From positions 1 to 33,365 of the forward strand of contig CAYYQL010000027.1 in assembly GCA_964473825.1 (NCBI GenBank): DNA of 33,365 bases, in the 5' to 3' direction. Within the stretch, counting starts at the first letter, position 1; each line of letters opens with the position of its first letter. Below the pieces are notes generated by a model that was not told where the DNA came from, did not search any database, and saw nothing but the letters and a program-made list of their open reading frames with translations. This document shows positions 9,469 through 19,385 of the stretch, in pieces. The translations under genes were made by a program, and so were the position numbers. Source of the DNA: an uncultured archaeon (GTDB taxonomy: Archaea > Asgardarchaeota > Thorarchaeia > Thorarchaeales > Thorarchaeaceae).

Positions 9469-9705
9469 GGACTCAACCACTGTTGCTTCCCTTTTCTCTT
9501 GAATCATGGTTTCGGCGATGAAATGTACTGTCAGACACACGGATGAGGCGCAGAGACGTATCCGAACCTATTCGTGCTGCTTAACTCGGAAGAATGCCGC
9601 TTGTGAAACTGACTACGAAACCTCTATATTCAGATTGGTATCTCGTTCCGCAGGGAGTTTGTCTTTCAGCAAACAACGTCGAACCCGGTCAGAGTCAAAT
9701 GGTAG

Positions 9706-11577
9706 GTGAATCCACTGACAGAGGATGTTCACGCAGAAGTCATAGATACTCTGCAAGATGGAATCATCGTCTTAGATAACCAAGGGACCATCATCCTCGT
9801 AAATAAAAGCACTGAGAAACTGACAGAGCTAAAACGGAACAAACTAGAAGGTCAGTTGGTCGATGAAGTCAAGAACCCCTTGATCAGGGCGATAATTCCA
9901 CACTTGAAGCAAGCAAAACACGGATTCAATCGTGTGCTTGTGGATTGCGAACGGGTCTTCTTTGATGATGGTGTGGTTCAACACTTCTCTTTTTCAGTGA
10001 ATCCAATGAATAGAGAGGATTCTAACAACACGGTCGTCACCATCAAGAACGTGACCGCAGAGAAACTGGCAAACGATTCCATGCGACAGTCTCTGGATCG
10101 TTTCCAGGAGTTCTGCAAAGCATTTCATCAGATGTTGCTCGATGTTTTTGGTCAAAGGACAGACTTGCAAGGTCTGCTCCAGAAGATGATAGAATATCTT
10201 CTGGAATGTTTCGACTATCATGCTGCTTTTGTTGTCTTAGATGCTGGAGAAGACGAAGAACAGCAAGTATCAGCAATCCAAGATACCTCTTGGCAGGTCA
10301 GTCAAGGAGGTGATCTAAACGAAATACTGTCTGGACTTAGGACCCTTTGGAATGACTCTAAGGGTACACATGTTCACCTTGACGAGGATGACCTCAAGTC
10401 TCTATCTCTACTTGCTGAGGAGACCCTAAAGAGGATGCACGGGAAAGGGGTACTATTTCCCGTCTGGGATGATTCAGGGATTATAGGTTTCTTGCTAGTT
10501 GTAGACAAGTGTGAGAAAGGACGCCATCCTGTTGAGTTCGAGCTCGTCGAGATGACAACTTCTTCAATCCCGAGTATGGTCCGAGCAATCAGAAGAAACG
10601 AACTATTCATCAGAACTTTCGATGCCATCCCAGAACCCTCTTTTCTGTGGCGTGTATGTGAAGAAAAAATCGTACTGAGAGGGGTCAATGTGACAGCACT
10701 CACTGCTACGGGTGGTAGACTAGAATCATACTTGGACAAGTCAGTTCATGAGATATTCCCAGGTATGCTCGAAATAGAGAACGCACTAAGAGATACAATC
10801 CAGACCGGCATGGTTGTGCGGGGAGAGATGGCATATAGATCTGAAGACCTGGGTCTAAATGGGCGATTCATCTGGCAGGTCGCTCGACCCGTGGAAGATA
10901 CGGCTCTTATGATCCTGACAGACATTACGAATCTACGTCGAGCTGAATCACACATAAGACGCCAAAAAGAGGAGCTCAGCACGATCGCACATGACATGGC
11001 ACATGACCTTCGCAATGTCTTGCACAATATAGAGGGTTACACAGAGCTCTTGACTCACGACTACAATCTCGACTATGTTGAAGGCATCTCACGTTTGACT
11101 ACTAAAATCAGCTCATTGCTCAAAGAATGGACACAATTAGCAGATGAGGGTTTAGCCATTGGAGATACAGAAACATGCTCTCTTACCGAAGTGGTCAAAT
11201 CTGCAGCCAATCTGGTACTTCCTGCCGATGTGGAACTCGTTGTAGAGTCCCTTCCTGAAGTACAATGTGACCGTGACAAGATGCAACAGGTCGTAATGAA
11301 CATCGTCTCTAATGCAGTCGAACATGGCCATGCAAGCAAGATTCAGATCACCTCGCAGTCGACACACGATTCATGGGACATTCTCTTCCAGAACGACGGC
11401 AAACCTATCCCTAAGGAGCACAGAGAGCAGATTCTATCGACACAGTTCTCGACAAAGAGTTGCGGAGGTCATGGGATGACCATCGTGAAGAAAATTGTAG
11501 AGGCTCACGGTTGGTCGATCAGCTTGTTGGACACTATTGACGAAACAGTTTTCCGAATCAGGATTCCATTTGAATGA
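9706..11577 (+). CDS. Cytoplasmic PAS/GAF-like/PAS sensor histidine kinase
   Basis: N-terminal PAS (IDTLQDGIIVLD...VNKS), GAF-like middle region, H-box AHDLRN, N-box NIVSNAVEH, NDGKPI, FSTK, GGHGM. Confidence 0.9.
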   Translation: MNPLTEDVHAEVIDTLQDGIIVLDNQGTIILVNKSTEKLTELKRNKLEGQLVDEVKNPLIRAIIPHLKQAKHGFNRVLVDCERVFFDDGVVQHFSFSVNPMNREDSNNTVVTIKNVTAEKLANDSMRQSLDRFQEFCKAFHQMLLDVFGQRTDLQGLLQKMIEYLLECFDYHAAFVVLDAGEDEEQQVSAIQDTSWQVSQGGDLNEILSGLRTLWNDSKGTHVHLDEDDLKSLSLLAEETLKRMHGKGVLFPVWDDSGIIGFLLVVDKCEKGRHPVEFELVEMTTSSIPSMVRAIRRNELFIRTFDAIPEPSFLWRVCEEKIVLRGVNVTALTATGGRLESYLDKSVHEIFPGMLEIENALRDTIQTGMVVRGEMAYRSEDLGLNGRFIWQVARPVEDTALMILTDITNLRRAESHIRRQKEELSTIAHDMAHDLRNVLHNIEGYTELLTHDYNLDYVEGISRLTTKISSLLKEWTQLADEGLAIGDTETCSLTEVVKSAANLVLPADVELVVESLPEVQCDRDKMQQVVMNIVSNAVEHGHASKIQITSQSTHDSWDILFQNDGKPIPKEHREQILSTQFSTKSCGGHGMTIVKKIVEAHGWSISLLDTIDETVFRIRIPFE

Positions 11578-11703
11578 CCATTACTGTGAACCTGGACGCT
11601 GGAAACTAGTTCAAGCTCGCGGACCATAGCCCAATAACAATTAATACTGACGGAAGAATGAGAATCGTCTTGGGACCAAAAAGGCTCTGTTGCGTGTGCA
11701 TAT

Positions 11704-14307
11704 ATGACCGACCCTGATTCAAAAGATGAAACCGCATCTTTAGCCGATGATGCTCGCAGGTACAGAGCGCTTGTTGAGTCAATGAACGAGGGTTTTGGTG
11801 TCATCAATAGAGACCTGCAGTTCACGTTTGTCAACAGACCATTTGCGTCTATGCTCGGAATGGATCAGAATGAGATCATCGGTATGGAAATGGCTTCTTT
11901 TCTCAGCGAAGAAGACCGTGAATACTGGGCAGAACGTCTGAAAGAACGTTTCGATGGAGAATCGTCCATGTACGAGCTTCGCTGGACTCGAGCAGATGGC
12001 TCTGAACTTGAAACGATAATATCTGGAGCACCTCTGAAAGATGAACAAGGCGAAGTTATTGGTGCCTGCGCTGTAATCAGAGATGTAACCCATGAACGAG
12101 CGATGCAACAGGCTCTTGAAGAGAGTAGGGCGCGTTTTAGTAGAGTTGTGGAGTCACTTCCGGCTGGTGTGGTTCTTATCGGACTTGACGGACGAATAAC
12201 AACTGCCAACCAACACACTGTTGAGATGCACGGTTTTGATAGCAAGGATGAACTGGTTGGGAAGAGAATAGTCGACTTGGTTGCTGAAGACCACTCTGAT
12301 GAGGCACGAAGACACATTGAGCGAGCTTTGAGAGAGGGGCAATCTAGGGGCATCGAATATGCACTCGTGCGAAAGGATGGCAGTACCTTTCGGGCTCTTG
12401 TGGATGCTACAATGATGTATGATACTGATGGCAATCCACAGCATCTGATAGGTATTTCTCGAAACATAGAGGCACTGAGAAGGGCAGAAGCTGCCACGAA
12501 GAGGAGTGAACTGACGTTTCGCAGGACGTTTGAAGCTATCCCGGGCCCAGCATTCATGTGGGAAGAGCAGGCAAACGAAGACATAGTACTCACCATGGTT
12601 AACAGAGCAATACTTGACAAAACAAATGGCCGAGTTGAGGAGTATATTGGCAAATCAATTGACGCGATCTTCGGTGAAGCTCCCGAGATCCAGAGAGCAG
12701 TGCGAATAACAATGTCCAGAGGTGAGAGGGTTTCTTTTGAGATGCCCTTTTCACTTCATTCGGGACCACACAGCTGGTTTCTATTTGATTTCGTCCGCCT
12801 CATTGACACTGTTGTTCTGATGATTACTACTGACCTTACTGAGAGAAAACGGGCCGAGGAGCTTGTCAAGCATAACGAGGCTCTCTTCAGAGCAACTGTC
12901 GAATCCACAATCGATGGAGTCATGGTTGTTTCTACTGCAGGTGAAATAATCCACTGCAATCGGAGGTTTGCAACCATGATGAAGATGGACAACGATGAGC
13001 TGTCAGGTGATGCATCTGTTGTCAACAGGCGTATCGCGGCCCAACTAGAAAACCCCTCCTTCTACAACGTACGAAACGACAGAATCGAACGTTCTGATGA
13101 TGATAGTTTTGATATACTGTTCTTCAAGGACGGGCGCGTGTTTGAGAGAACTTCTAGCCCTTTGATGATTGATGGCGAGAAGACAGGACGCGTTTGGAAC
13201 TATCGTGACGTAACAGAGCGGGAGCAGATTGAAGATGCATTGAAGGAGTCGGAGACCAAATACAGGCAGCTGGTTGAACAGAGTTTTCAGGGTATCATCG
13301 TGCTTCGCGTTAGTCCTCTCCGCATCATGTTTTCAAACAAGGTGATGGCGGATATGATTGGCCTATCCGTTCAAGAAGTACTGGATCTCAAGCCGCACGA
13401 GATTCGTGATATGGTGCATGAAGAAGATATGCGTACAGCTACCATTCGAATGAACGCGCTAATATCCGGTGGGAGGCCCAAGAACGAACCTCTAGTCCTA
13501 AGGATAAGTCGAACCGATGGAGAGATTCGTATTCTTGAGGCCTTTGCACGGAGCGTGGAGTATGAAGGCATTCCGTGCATTCAGGTGGTTTTCACCGACG
13601 TTACAGAGAGAACTATTTCCAAAAAACAGATCCAGTCCGAGAAGGACCGGGCGGTGTTGTACTTGGATCTTCTGTCACACGACTTCAGAAATATGCTACA
13701 GGTTGTGATAGGAAGCGTTGCGCTGCTTGAAGAGAGGAATACTGATCCCTTTTCCAGGTCAGCAATTCGGAATATAGTAGAGTCTGTTGAAAGATGTCAA
13801 AGCCTCATTTCGAAAGTTGGGGCAACTGAGGCCCTAACACTGGATAGACTTGAGCCGATAAGAGTCTACGATGTCATTGCAGATACGGTGAATCGACTGA
13901 GGACACTCAATGATGATTGTGAATTCCGGTTTATTGCAGAAGACGAAGATGCAACTGTAATGGCAGATGAATCGATCCACCATCTTTTCAATAACATACT
14001 TGAGAATGCCATTCAGCATAACGACAAGGCGAGAAAGCGTATCTGGGTTGCTCTGTGGAGGGGAAACTCGGGTTATTGGATTCACATCTCTGACAATGGG
14101 CCGGGTATAGCGGATCGTGTCAAAGATGGTCTATTTGACATATCTCGCAGGTTTGGTGGTGTCGGACTGCACCAATGCAAACAAATCGTGGATAAGATGA
14201 ACGGAACGATTGAGATACGTGATCGGGTTGAAGGGGACCATACCCAGGGTGCGGAGTTCGTTCTGTGGCTACCCCGTATCGATGCATTTCAGCTCGATAT
14301 CACGTAG
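11704..14307 (+). CDS. Multi-PAS (about five PAS repeats) sensor histidine kinase
   Basis: Repeated PAS starts (YRALVESM, FSRVVESL, FRRTFEAI, FRATVEST, YRQLVEQS), most ending in DVTE/DLTE-like motifs. H-box SHDFRN, NILENAIQH, DNGPGI, GGVGL. Confidence 0.93.
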   Translation: MTDPDSKDETASLADDARRYRALVESMNEGFGVINRDLQFTFVNRPFASMLGMDQNEIIGMEMASFLSEEDREYWAERLKERFDGESSMYELRWTRADGSELETIISGAPLKDEQGEVIGACAVIRDVTHERAMQQALEESRARFSRVVESLPAGVVLIGLDGRITTANQHTVEMHGFDSKDELVGKRIVDLVAEDHSDEARRHIERALREGQSRGIEYALVRKDGSTFRALVDATMMYDTDGNPQHLIGISRNIEALRRAEAATKRSELTFRRTFEAIPGPAFMWEEQANEDIVLTMVNRAILDKTNGRVEEYIGKSIDAIFGEAPEIQRAVRITMSRGERVSFEMPFSLHSGPHSWFLFDFVRLIDTVVLMITTDLTERKRAEELVKHNEALFRATVESTIDGVMVVSTAGEIIHCNRRFATMMKMDNDELSGDASVVNRRIAAQLENPSFYNVRNDRIERSDDDSFDILFFKDGRVFERTSSPLMIDGEKTGRVWNYRDVTEREQIEDALKESETKYRQLVEQSFQGIIVLRVSPLRIMFSNKVMADMIGLSVQEVLDLKPHEIRDMVHEEDMRTATIRMNALISGGRPKNEPLVLRISRTDGEIRILEAFARSVEYEGIPCIQVVFTDVTERTISKKQIQSEKDRAVLYLDLLSHDFRNMLQVVIGSVALLEERNTDPFSRSAIRNIVESVERCQSLISKVGATEALTLDRLEPIRVYDVIADTVNRLRTLNDDCEFRFIAEDEDATVMADESIHHLFNNILENAIQHNDKARKRIWVALWRGNSGYWIHISDNGPGIADRVKDGLFDISRRFGGVGLHQCKQIVDKMNGTIEIRDRVEGDHTQGAEFVLWLPRIDAFQLDIT

Positions 14308-14404
14308 TAATTCAGGCATACCATCCGTTTACTCAAGGTGACCAAAGAGATTTATCTAGCCACTGTTTCGTACAACCTTACTCTGCCTTAGGAGCTGATT
14401 GCAT

Positions 14405-15829
14405 ATGGAGAAACAACTAGAGGACTACATTCCTGGAAACAAGGTGGCGTTTGGGTTCGGTGCACTGGGCGACAGCATCTCTTACCAGGTCTTTACTTTT
14501 CTTGTCTTCACATTCTACTACGCCGTGATAGGCTTAGACATCAATATGGTCACGCTAGCGTTCATAGTATGGAGTGTCTGGAATGCCATCAATGACCCGT
14601 TGGCTGGTCTGGTTTCAGATAAGACGAACACGAAATACGGCCGGCGAATTCCATACATAGCTTTGACTTTTCTCCCCTTATCGCTTCTCATGCTGATTCT
14701 CTGGACTCCACCGGTGGGAAGCATGCTGTGGTCGTTTCTCTACTTTCTAGGCATCATCGTGCTCTTTGATTTCGTATATACTTTCAATAGCCTGAATATG
14801 ACATCGCTGTTTCCCGAGATGTATCTAACAGAGGAGGAGCGTTCTTCAGCCAACAACGTTCGCCAGATTTTCCTGGTGATAGGACTATTGATTGCTTTCT
14901 TGGTCCCAACATTCATGATTTCTGACCTCTCAGCAAAGGAAACCGCAGCCAGCATTGTGATTGGCGAGTATCAGCAGGCGGGTATTGTTCTCGGGATTAT
15001 TGTTGCCATTGTATATCTCGTAGCACTGAAGTGGGGAGTGTCTGAGCGGCAGGAGTTCAAAGACGACTGGCGAGATGTACCAAGCTGGAGCGAGGCCTTC
15101 AAGCATACACTTGGAAACCGCACCTTCCATTCCTTCCTTGCAGCCAATACTATGAACTGGTATGTGTTCGGCCTGATACCTACAATCATCCCCATCTATG
15201 GTCAGTTTGTGCTGGGGATAGGAGCCGGGCAGTCACTTATTCTAGGAGTTCTCCTGGCCGCCGCCTTTGTGTCTGGCGGTCTGTTCATGGCATTATGGAA
15301 ATACATTGTGGATCGTTGGGGCAATCTCAGGAAGGCATGGACAGCAAGCATGCTACTCTGGATATCAGCACTAGTTCCATTGTTCTTTGTGTCAGATGTA
15401 ATGATTGCTCTAGTACTGTTTGCTTTCAATGGCATTGGTCTCTCTGGAAGCCTGTATCTGAAGGACCTAGTGATGGCAGATATAATCGATGAGGATGAAG
15501 TGACAACAGGCGTGAGACGGGAAGGTGCGTATTTCGGTGTCAACGCATTAGTGATGCGACTTGCGGTCATCTTGGTCTTTGTATCCATCAATCTTGTCTT
15601 CAATAGTGTAGGATGGAGAGTCTTTCTCCCAGAGGAGGCAACTGCCGAAACCCTGCTAGGACTCCGACTGCTCATGGGCATCTTTCCTGCCATTGCATTG
15701 GCAATTGGGATAGTAGCTTTCTCTCGATATCAACTGGTCGGAGATAGACTGAAGGCAGTAAAGGCAAGACGGGATGAGATCCACTCGGGTAAGCAAGCGA
15801 AGAGCAAATTGGATCCCCCACCCATCTAG
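14405..15829 (+). CDS. MFS transporter, glycoside-pentoside-hexuronide (GPH/MelB-like) family
   Basis: WNAINDPLAGLVSDKTNTKYGRRIPY, ADIIDEDE...GVRREGAYFG, about 12 hydrophobic helices. Confidence 0.92.
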   Translation: MEKQLEDYIPGNKVAFGFGALGDSISYQVFTFLVFTFYYAVIGLDINMVTLAFIVWSVWNAINDPLAGLVSDKTNTKYGRRIPYIALTFLPLSLLMLILWTPPVGSMLWSFLYFLGIIVLFDFVYTFNSLNMTSLFPEMYLTEEERSSANNVRQIFLVIGLLIAFLVPTFMISDLSAKETAASIVIGEYQQAGIVLGIIVAIVYLVALKWGVSERQEFKDDWRDVPSWSEAFKHTLGNRTFHSFLAANTMNWYVFGLIPTIIPIYGQFVLGIGAGQSLILGVLLAAAFVSGGLFMALWKYIVDRWGNLRKAWTASMLLWISALVPLFFVSDVMIALVLFAFNGIGLSGSLYLKDLVMADIIDEDEVTTGVRREGAYFGVNALVMRLAVILVFVSINLVFNSVGWRVFLPEEATAETLLGLRLLMGIFPAIALAIGIVAFSRYQLVGDRLKAVKARRDEIHSGKQAKSKLDPPPI

Positions 15830-15865
15830 ACATATCGTATTAGCTGGAACTCGGACATACTGACC

Positions 15866-17632
15866 CTAGTCAAGATAGGTTGGCTTCGGTACATCCCACC
15901 AGCCATAGACGGGTGACTCGCTAAGAGGATGTTCTCGGTTCACCTTGACAACGACAAGTGCTGGACCGTCAACATCCAGCGCCTCTCTCATGGCTTCCCT
16001 GAGATTTTCAGTCGTCGCGCACAGCTTAGCCCAACATCCAAACGCCTCTGCCAGCGCTACAAAGTCCGGCGATACTGGCTTTCCATCCTTGTCACCAATG
16101 AACTCTGTCGCATAGGCTCTATCATCACCATAAGCATCAAGCTGAAGGTCACGGATGCTAATCCAGCCCTGATTATCGGCAAGTACAATCTTGATTGGGA
16201 TGTTGTACTGAACTGCGGTGGCAAGCTCCTGGGACGTCATGAGAAACGAACCGTCTCCTTCTACGGAGACCACCACTCTATTGGGATGGGCAAGACTGAC
16301 CCCCATGGCTGCAGGCACGCCGAAGCCCATGGTTGAAAAACCTCCAGAGGTCACATTGGTGCCAGGCTCAAGAATTGGGAACTCCTGGAACGACACCGCC
16401 TGTGTGTGGCCTGCACTTGTCACTAGGAACGAGTCTGGCGGAATGGTCTCCCTGACGACAGCAAGCAACTCTGAGATTGTCATCGGATTGTGTCCACGTT
16501 GTCTTGCTAGTATCTTACTCCAATCTTGCCTCTCCTTTTCGAGTCTTCTTGCAATCTCAGAGTCTTGGTATCTACTAGGCGGATGGTCCACAACCATCTC
16601 AAGCATCTGGGACAAGGCCATTTTCACATCTGCCAGAATTGGGAGCTTTACTTGGTAGTTCTTGCCGAGTTCGTAAGAATCGATATCAATCTGGATGAAG
16701 TCGGTCCTCTTTCTGTCAAAAGACGCGCCCTGCTTGTAGCTGCTCGTTGTCTCATCAGCAAACCGACATCCTAATGCAAGAATTACATCCGCACTGCTGG
16801 TTAGTCGATTACCTATCGGTGAGCCCTTGGTTCCAGGATAGAAGCCGAAGAGTGCATGGTCCTCGGGAAATGCACCCTTGCCCGCCATCGTACAGACCAC
16901 AGGAATCTCAAGGGTCTCTGAAAGTTGAAGTAGTTCCGCAGTGGCCTCTGAATGGAGCACACCGCCTCCTGCAACAATCACAGGACTCACGGCATTGGAA
17001 AGCATCTGAAGGGCTTCTCTCAGTTTTTCTGGGTCCGCATAAGGCCTGTGTCGGCCTCGTCTGAATGGCTCGTCTTCGAATAACTCGACCTCCATGCTCT
17101 CAGACTGCATGTCCATCGGAAGGTCAATGTGTACTGGTCCGGGTCGTCCATTTGTTGCGGCCTTGAACGCATTATGGAGGACCCAGGGTATTTGGGTGAG
17201 ACTGGAGATTCGGTAGGTCTTCTTCACAATCGGTTCAAGGACAGACGCAAAATCATTCCAATGAGATCTTTCGATTTCTTGGAGAACGCCATGTCCCTGC
17301 CATCTCACATGAGTGGAGCCAGTAATCAGTATCAATGAGCTTGAATCCACGTATGCCGTTGCAACACCGATGGCCGTATTGCAACCACCAGGTCCAATGC
17401 TTGTAAACACGACCAAGGGTCTGCCAGTCACTCGAAAGTACCCATCTGCCAAATGAGCAGCAGCTTGCTCATGTCTCACTTGGATCACATCAATTCCGTG
17501 TTTCAGGAATGCATCAACCAATCCTAAACAACCATGCCCTGGTATTCCCACCGCATAGGGGACACCCTGCATCTTCATGTACTTAGCAATCATCTCTCCA
17601 CCAGTAAGTAGTTCAACTGTCACTTTCTTCAC
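15866..17632 (-). CDS. ThDP-dependent enzyme (acetolactate synthase fold) with IolD-like signatures
   Basis: RHEQ catalytic Glu, GDGSFLM...N ThDP motif, RPGPVHIDLP. IolD-like GIPGHG, TSIGPG, VLQEIE and GWWDVP. Confidence 0.85.
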   Translation of the reverse strand: MKKVTVELLTGGEMIAKYMKMQGVPYAVGIPGHGCLGLVDAFLKHGIDVIQVRHEQAAAHLADGYFRVTGRPLVVFTSIGPGGCNTAIGVATAYVDSSSLILITGSTHVRWQGHGVLQEIERSHWNDFASVLEPIVKKTYRISSLTQIPWVLHNAFKAATNGRPGPVHIDLPMDMQSESMEVELFEDEPFRRGRHRPYADPEKLREALQMLSNAVSPVIVAGGGVLHSEATAELLQLSETLEIPVVCTMAGKGAFPEDHALFGFYPGTKGSPIGNRLTSSADVILALGCRFADETTSSYKQGASFDRKRTDFIQIDIDSYELGKNYQVKLPILADVKMALSQMLEMVVDHPPSRYQDSEIARRLEKERQDWSKILARQRGHNPMTISELLAVVRETIPPDSFLVTSAGHTQAVSFQEFPILEPGTNVTSGGFSTMGFGVPAAMGVSLAHPNRVVVSVEGDGSFLMTSQELATAVQYNIPIKIVLADNQGWISIRDLQLDAYGDDRAYATEFIGDKDGKPVSPDFVALAEAFGCWAKLCATTENLREAMREALDVDGPALVVVKVNREHPLSESPVYGWWDVPKPTYLD

Positions 17633-17634
17633 CT

Positions 17635-19305
17635 TTAGTTCTTGAATACAGCTCCTTTATCTGCAGAGGATACAAGCCGTCGATATCTATGCAGTACTCC
17701 TCGGCGAGAACTAATCTCTTGCGGTCTTGGTTGGAATTCCTTCAAACGCGCTCGAATGTCAGCCTCATGAACCTCCAAGTCAAGCCTCCGTTCGGGAATT
17801 GAATAAGACACAATGTCGCCGTTCTCCACCACTGCAATGGGACCACTCAAGGCCGCTTCTGGTGCAACATGGCCGATTGCAGCACCACGTGAGCTCCCTG
17901 AGAACCTTCCATCGGTCACTAGGGCCAGCTTTTCTCCAAGTCCTGATATCAGTGAGGCGATTGAGTGCTGCTCGCGCATTCCAGGACCACCGACAGGTCC
18001 CTCGTATCTGACGACCATCACTGATCCACCCTCAACCCTGTTCTCCCATAGCGCATCCAGTGCCTCTTCAAGACTCTCAAAGACCGCCGCGGGGCCTCGA
18101 AATTCCAACATATCTTCTGGCACTGCGGCCTGCTTAACGACAGCACCCTTGGGTGCCAGACTTCCCGAGAGAACCACAATCCCTCCCTCCTTGCTAACCG
18201 GCTCATCAATGGATTTAACAATGGATTCTGGATCACCCGGTATGTAATAGTCGGATAGATTCGATTCCAGTGTCTTTCCGGACACGGTAATAACATCTGA
18301 GTGTAACAGCCCACCCTTTGCGAGTTCTTTCATGATGGCGGGAATCCCGCCTGCTTGGTCCAACTTCCAGACTGAATTCGGACCGGCTGGCTTGAGGGAA
18401 CAAAGCTGCGGAGTCTTCCTACTCCTCTCGCTGAATGTGTCGAGTCCAAAAGCCGTGATCTCGAGTTCCTCAGCGATTGCTATCATATGCAGAACAGAGT
18501 TGAGGCTCCCTCCCAGTGAGAGATCGACTGTGACCCCATTCATCAGGGCCTCTTTCGTCATGATATCTCTCGGGCGGATATTCCTCTCAAGCAAATCCAT
18601 GACTGCCTCCCCACTGCTCCGAGCTAGACGCTTCTTACCCGCCATGAGAGCGTGCGCCGTTGCACAGCCTGGTAGAGACATGCCAATCGCCTCGGTGATT
18701 GCTGCCATGGTGTTGGCGGTAGCCATCATACTGCAGGACCCCGCTGAGGGACACGCTATGTTCTCTATCTCGAGCAATTCATCTTCATCAATCTCACCGG
18801 CTCGGACCTTGCCAATGAATTCTCGCATCTCGACCAGACTGAGTTCGCGGCCGCAGTAATTGCCCGGAAACATCGGCCCGCCGGTCAGGACAACACTGGG
18901 TGTGTTCAAACGAGCGGCCGCCATGAGACTCGCAGGAACCGTCTTATCACAGCAGGGTACAAGCACCATGGCATCGAAACCATGAGCACGGACCATGACC
19001 TCGATCGTGTCAACAGCTAGGTCTCTGCTGGGCAGTGAGTACTTCATTCCCTCGGTGCCCTGTGCAATACCGTCACAGACAGCGATTGTATTGAACTCAA
19101 AGGGCTGGCCGCCGCTCAAGAGGACACCCTCCTTGACAGCGTTTGCCAGCTCTCTCAGATGCACATGGCCGGGGACCACCTCGGTGAAGAAGTTGACGAC
19201 GGCAACCCATGGCCGCTCGATGTCCTTTTGACGTAACCCTGTTGACTTCAGAAGTGAGCGAGCTGCTGAGCGCTGAATCCCTTCTTTCATGTCCTTACTC
19301 TGCAT
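17635..19305 (-). CDS. ilvD: Dihydroxy-acid dehydratase (IlvD/Edd family)
   Basis: VPGHVHL, VCDGIAQG, SLPSRD, CDK, SCSMMATANTM, RYEGPVGGPGMRE, TDGRFSG, IGHVAPEA. Confidence 0.9.
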   Translation of the reverse strand: MQSKDMKEGIQRSAARSLLKSTGLRQKDIERPWVAVVNFFTEVVPGHVHLRELANAVKEGVLLSGGQPFEFNTIAVCDGIAQGTEGMKYSLPSRDLAVDTIEVMVRAHGFDAMVLVPCCDKTVPASLMAAARLNTPSVVLTGGPMFPGNYCGRELSLVEMREFIGKVRAGEIDEDELLEIENIACPSAGSCSMMATANTMAAITEAIGMSLPGCATAHALMAGKKRLARSSGEAVMDLLERNIRPRDIMTKEALMNGVTVDLSLGGSLNSVLHMIAIAEELEITAFGLDTFSERSRKTPQLCSLKPAGPNSVWKLDQAGGIPAIMKELAKGGLLHSDVITVSGKTLESNLSDYYIPGDPESIVKSIDEPVSKEGGIVVLSGSLAPKGAVVKQAAVPEDMLEFRGPAAVFESLEEALDALWENRVEGGSVMVVRYEGPVGGPGMREQHSIASLISGLGEKLALVTDGRFSGSSRGAAIGHVAPEAALSGPIAVVENGDIVSYSIPERRLDLEVHEADIRARLKEFQPRPQEISSRRGVLHRYRRLVSSADKGAVFKN

Positions 19306-19385
19306 TCATGACCGCCTTATCATACGGAAACCCTAAGTGGCATAAGTCTGTTCTCCTTGATGGACTGTAACAGGTGAGGCATCTG

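Noticed and set aside
9500-9630. Possible DNA-damage boxes upstream of dinB (CGAACCTATTCG; two GTTTC on the minus strand)
   Set aside because: Spacing does not fit the Gram-positive LexA box and the short motifs are expected by chance
15866-19305. Straight annotation as an ilvB-ilvD branched-chain amino acid operon
   Set aside because: Not accepted as default: no ilvC or ilvH/N nearby and the ThDP enzyme has IolD-like rather than AHAS motifs; it cannot be fully excluded
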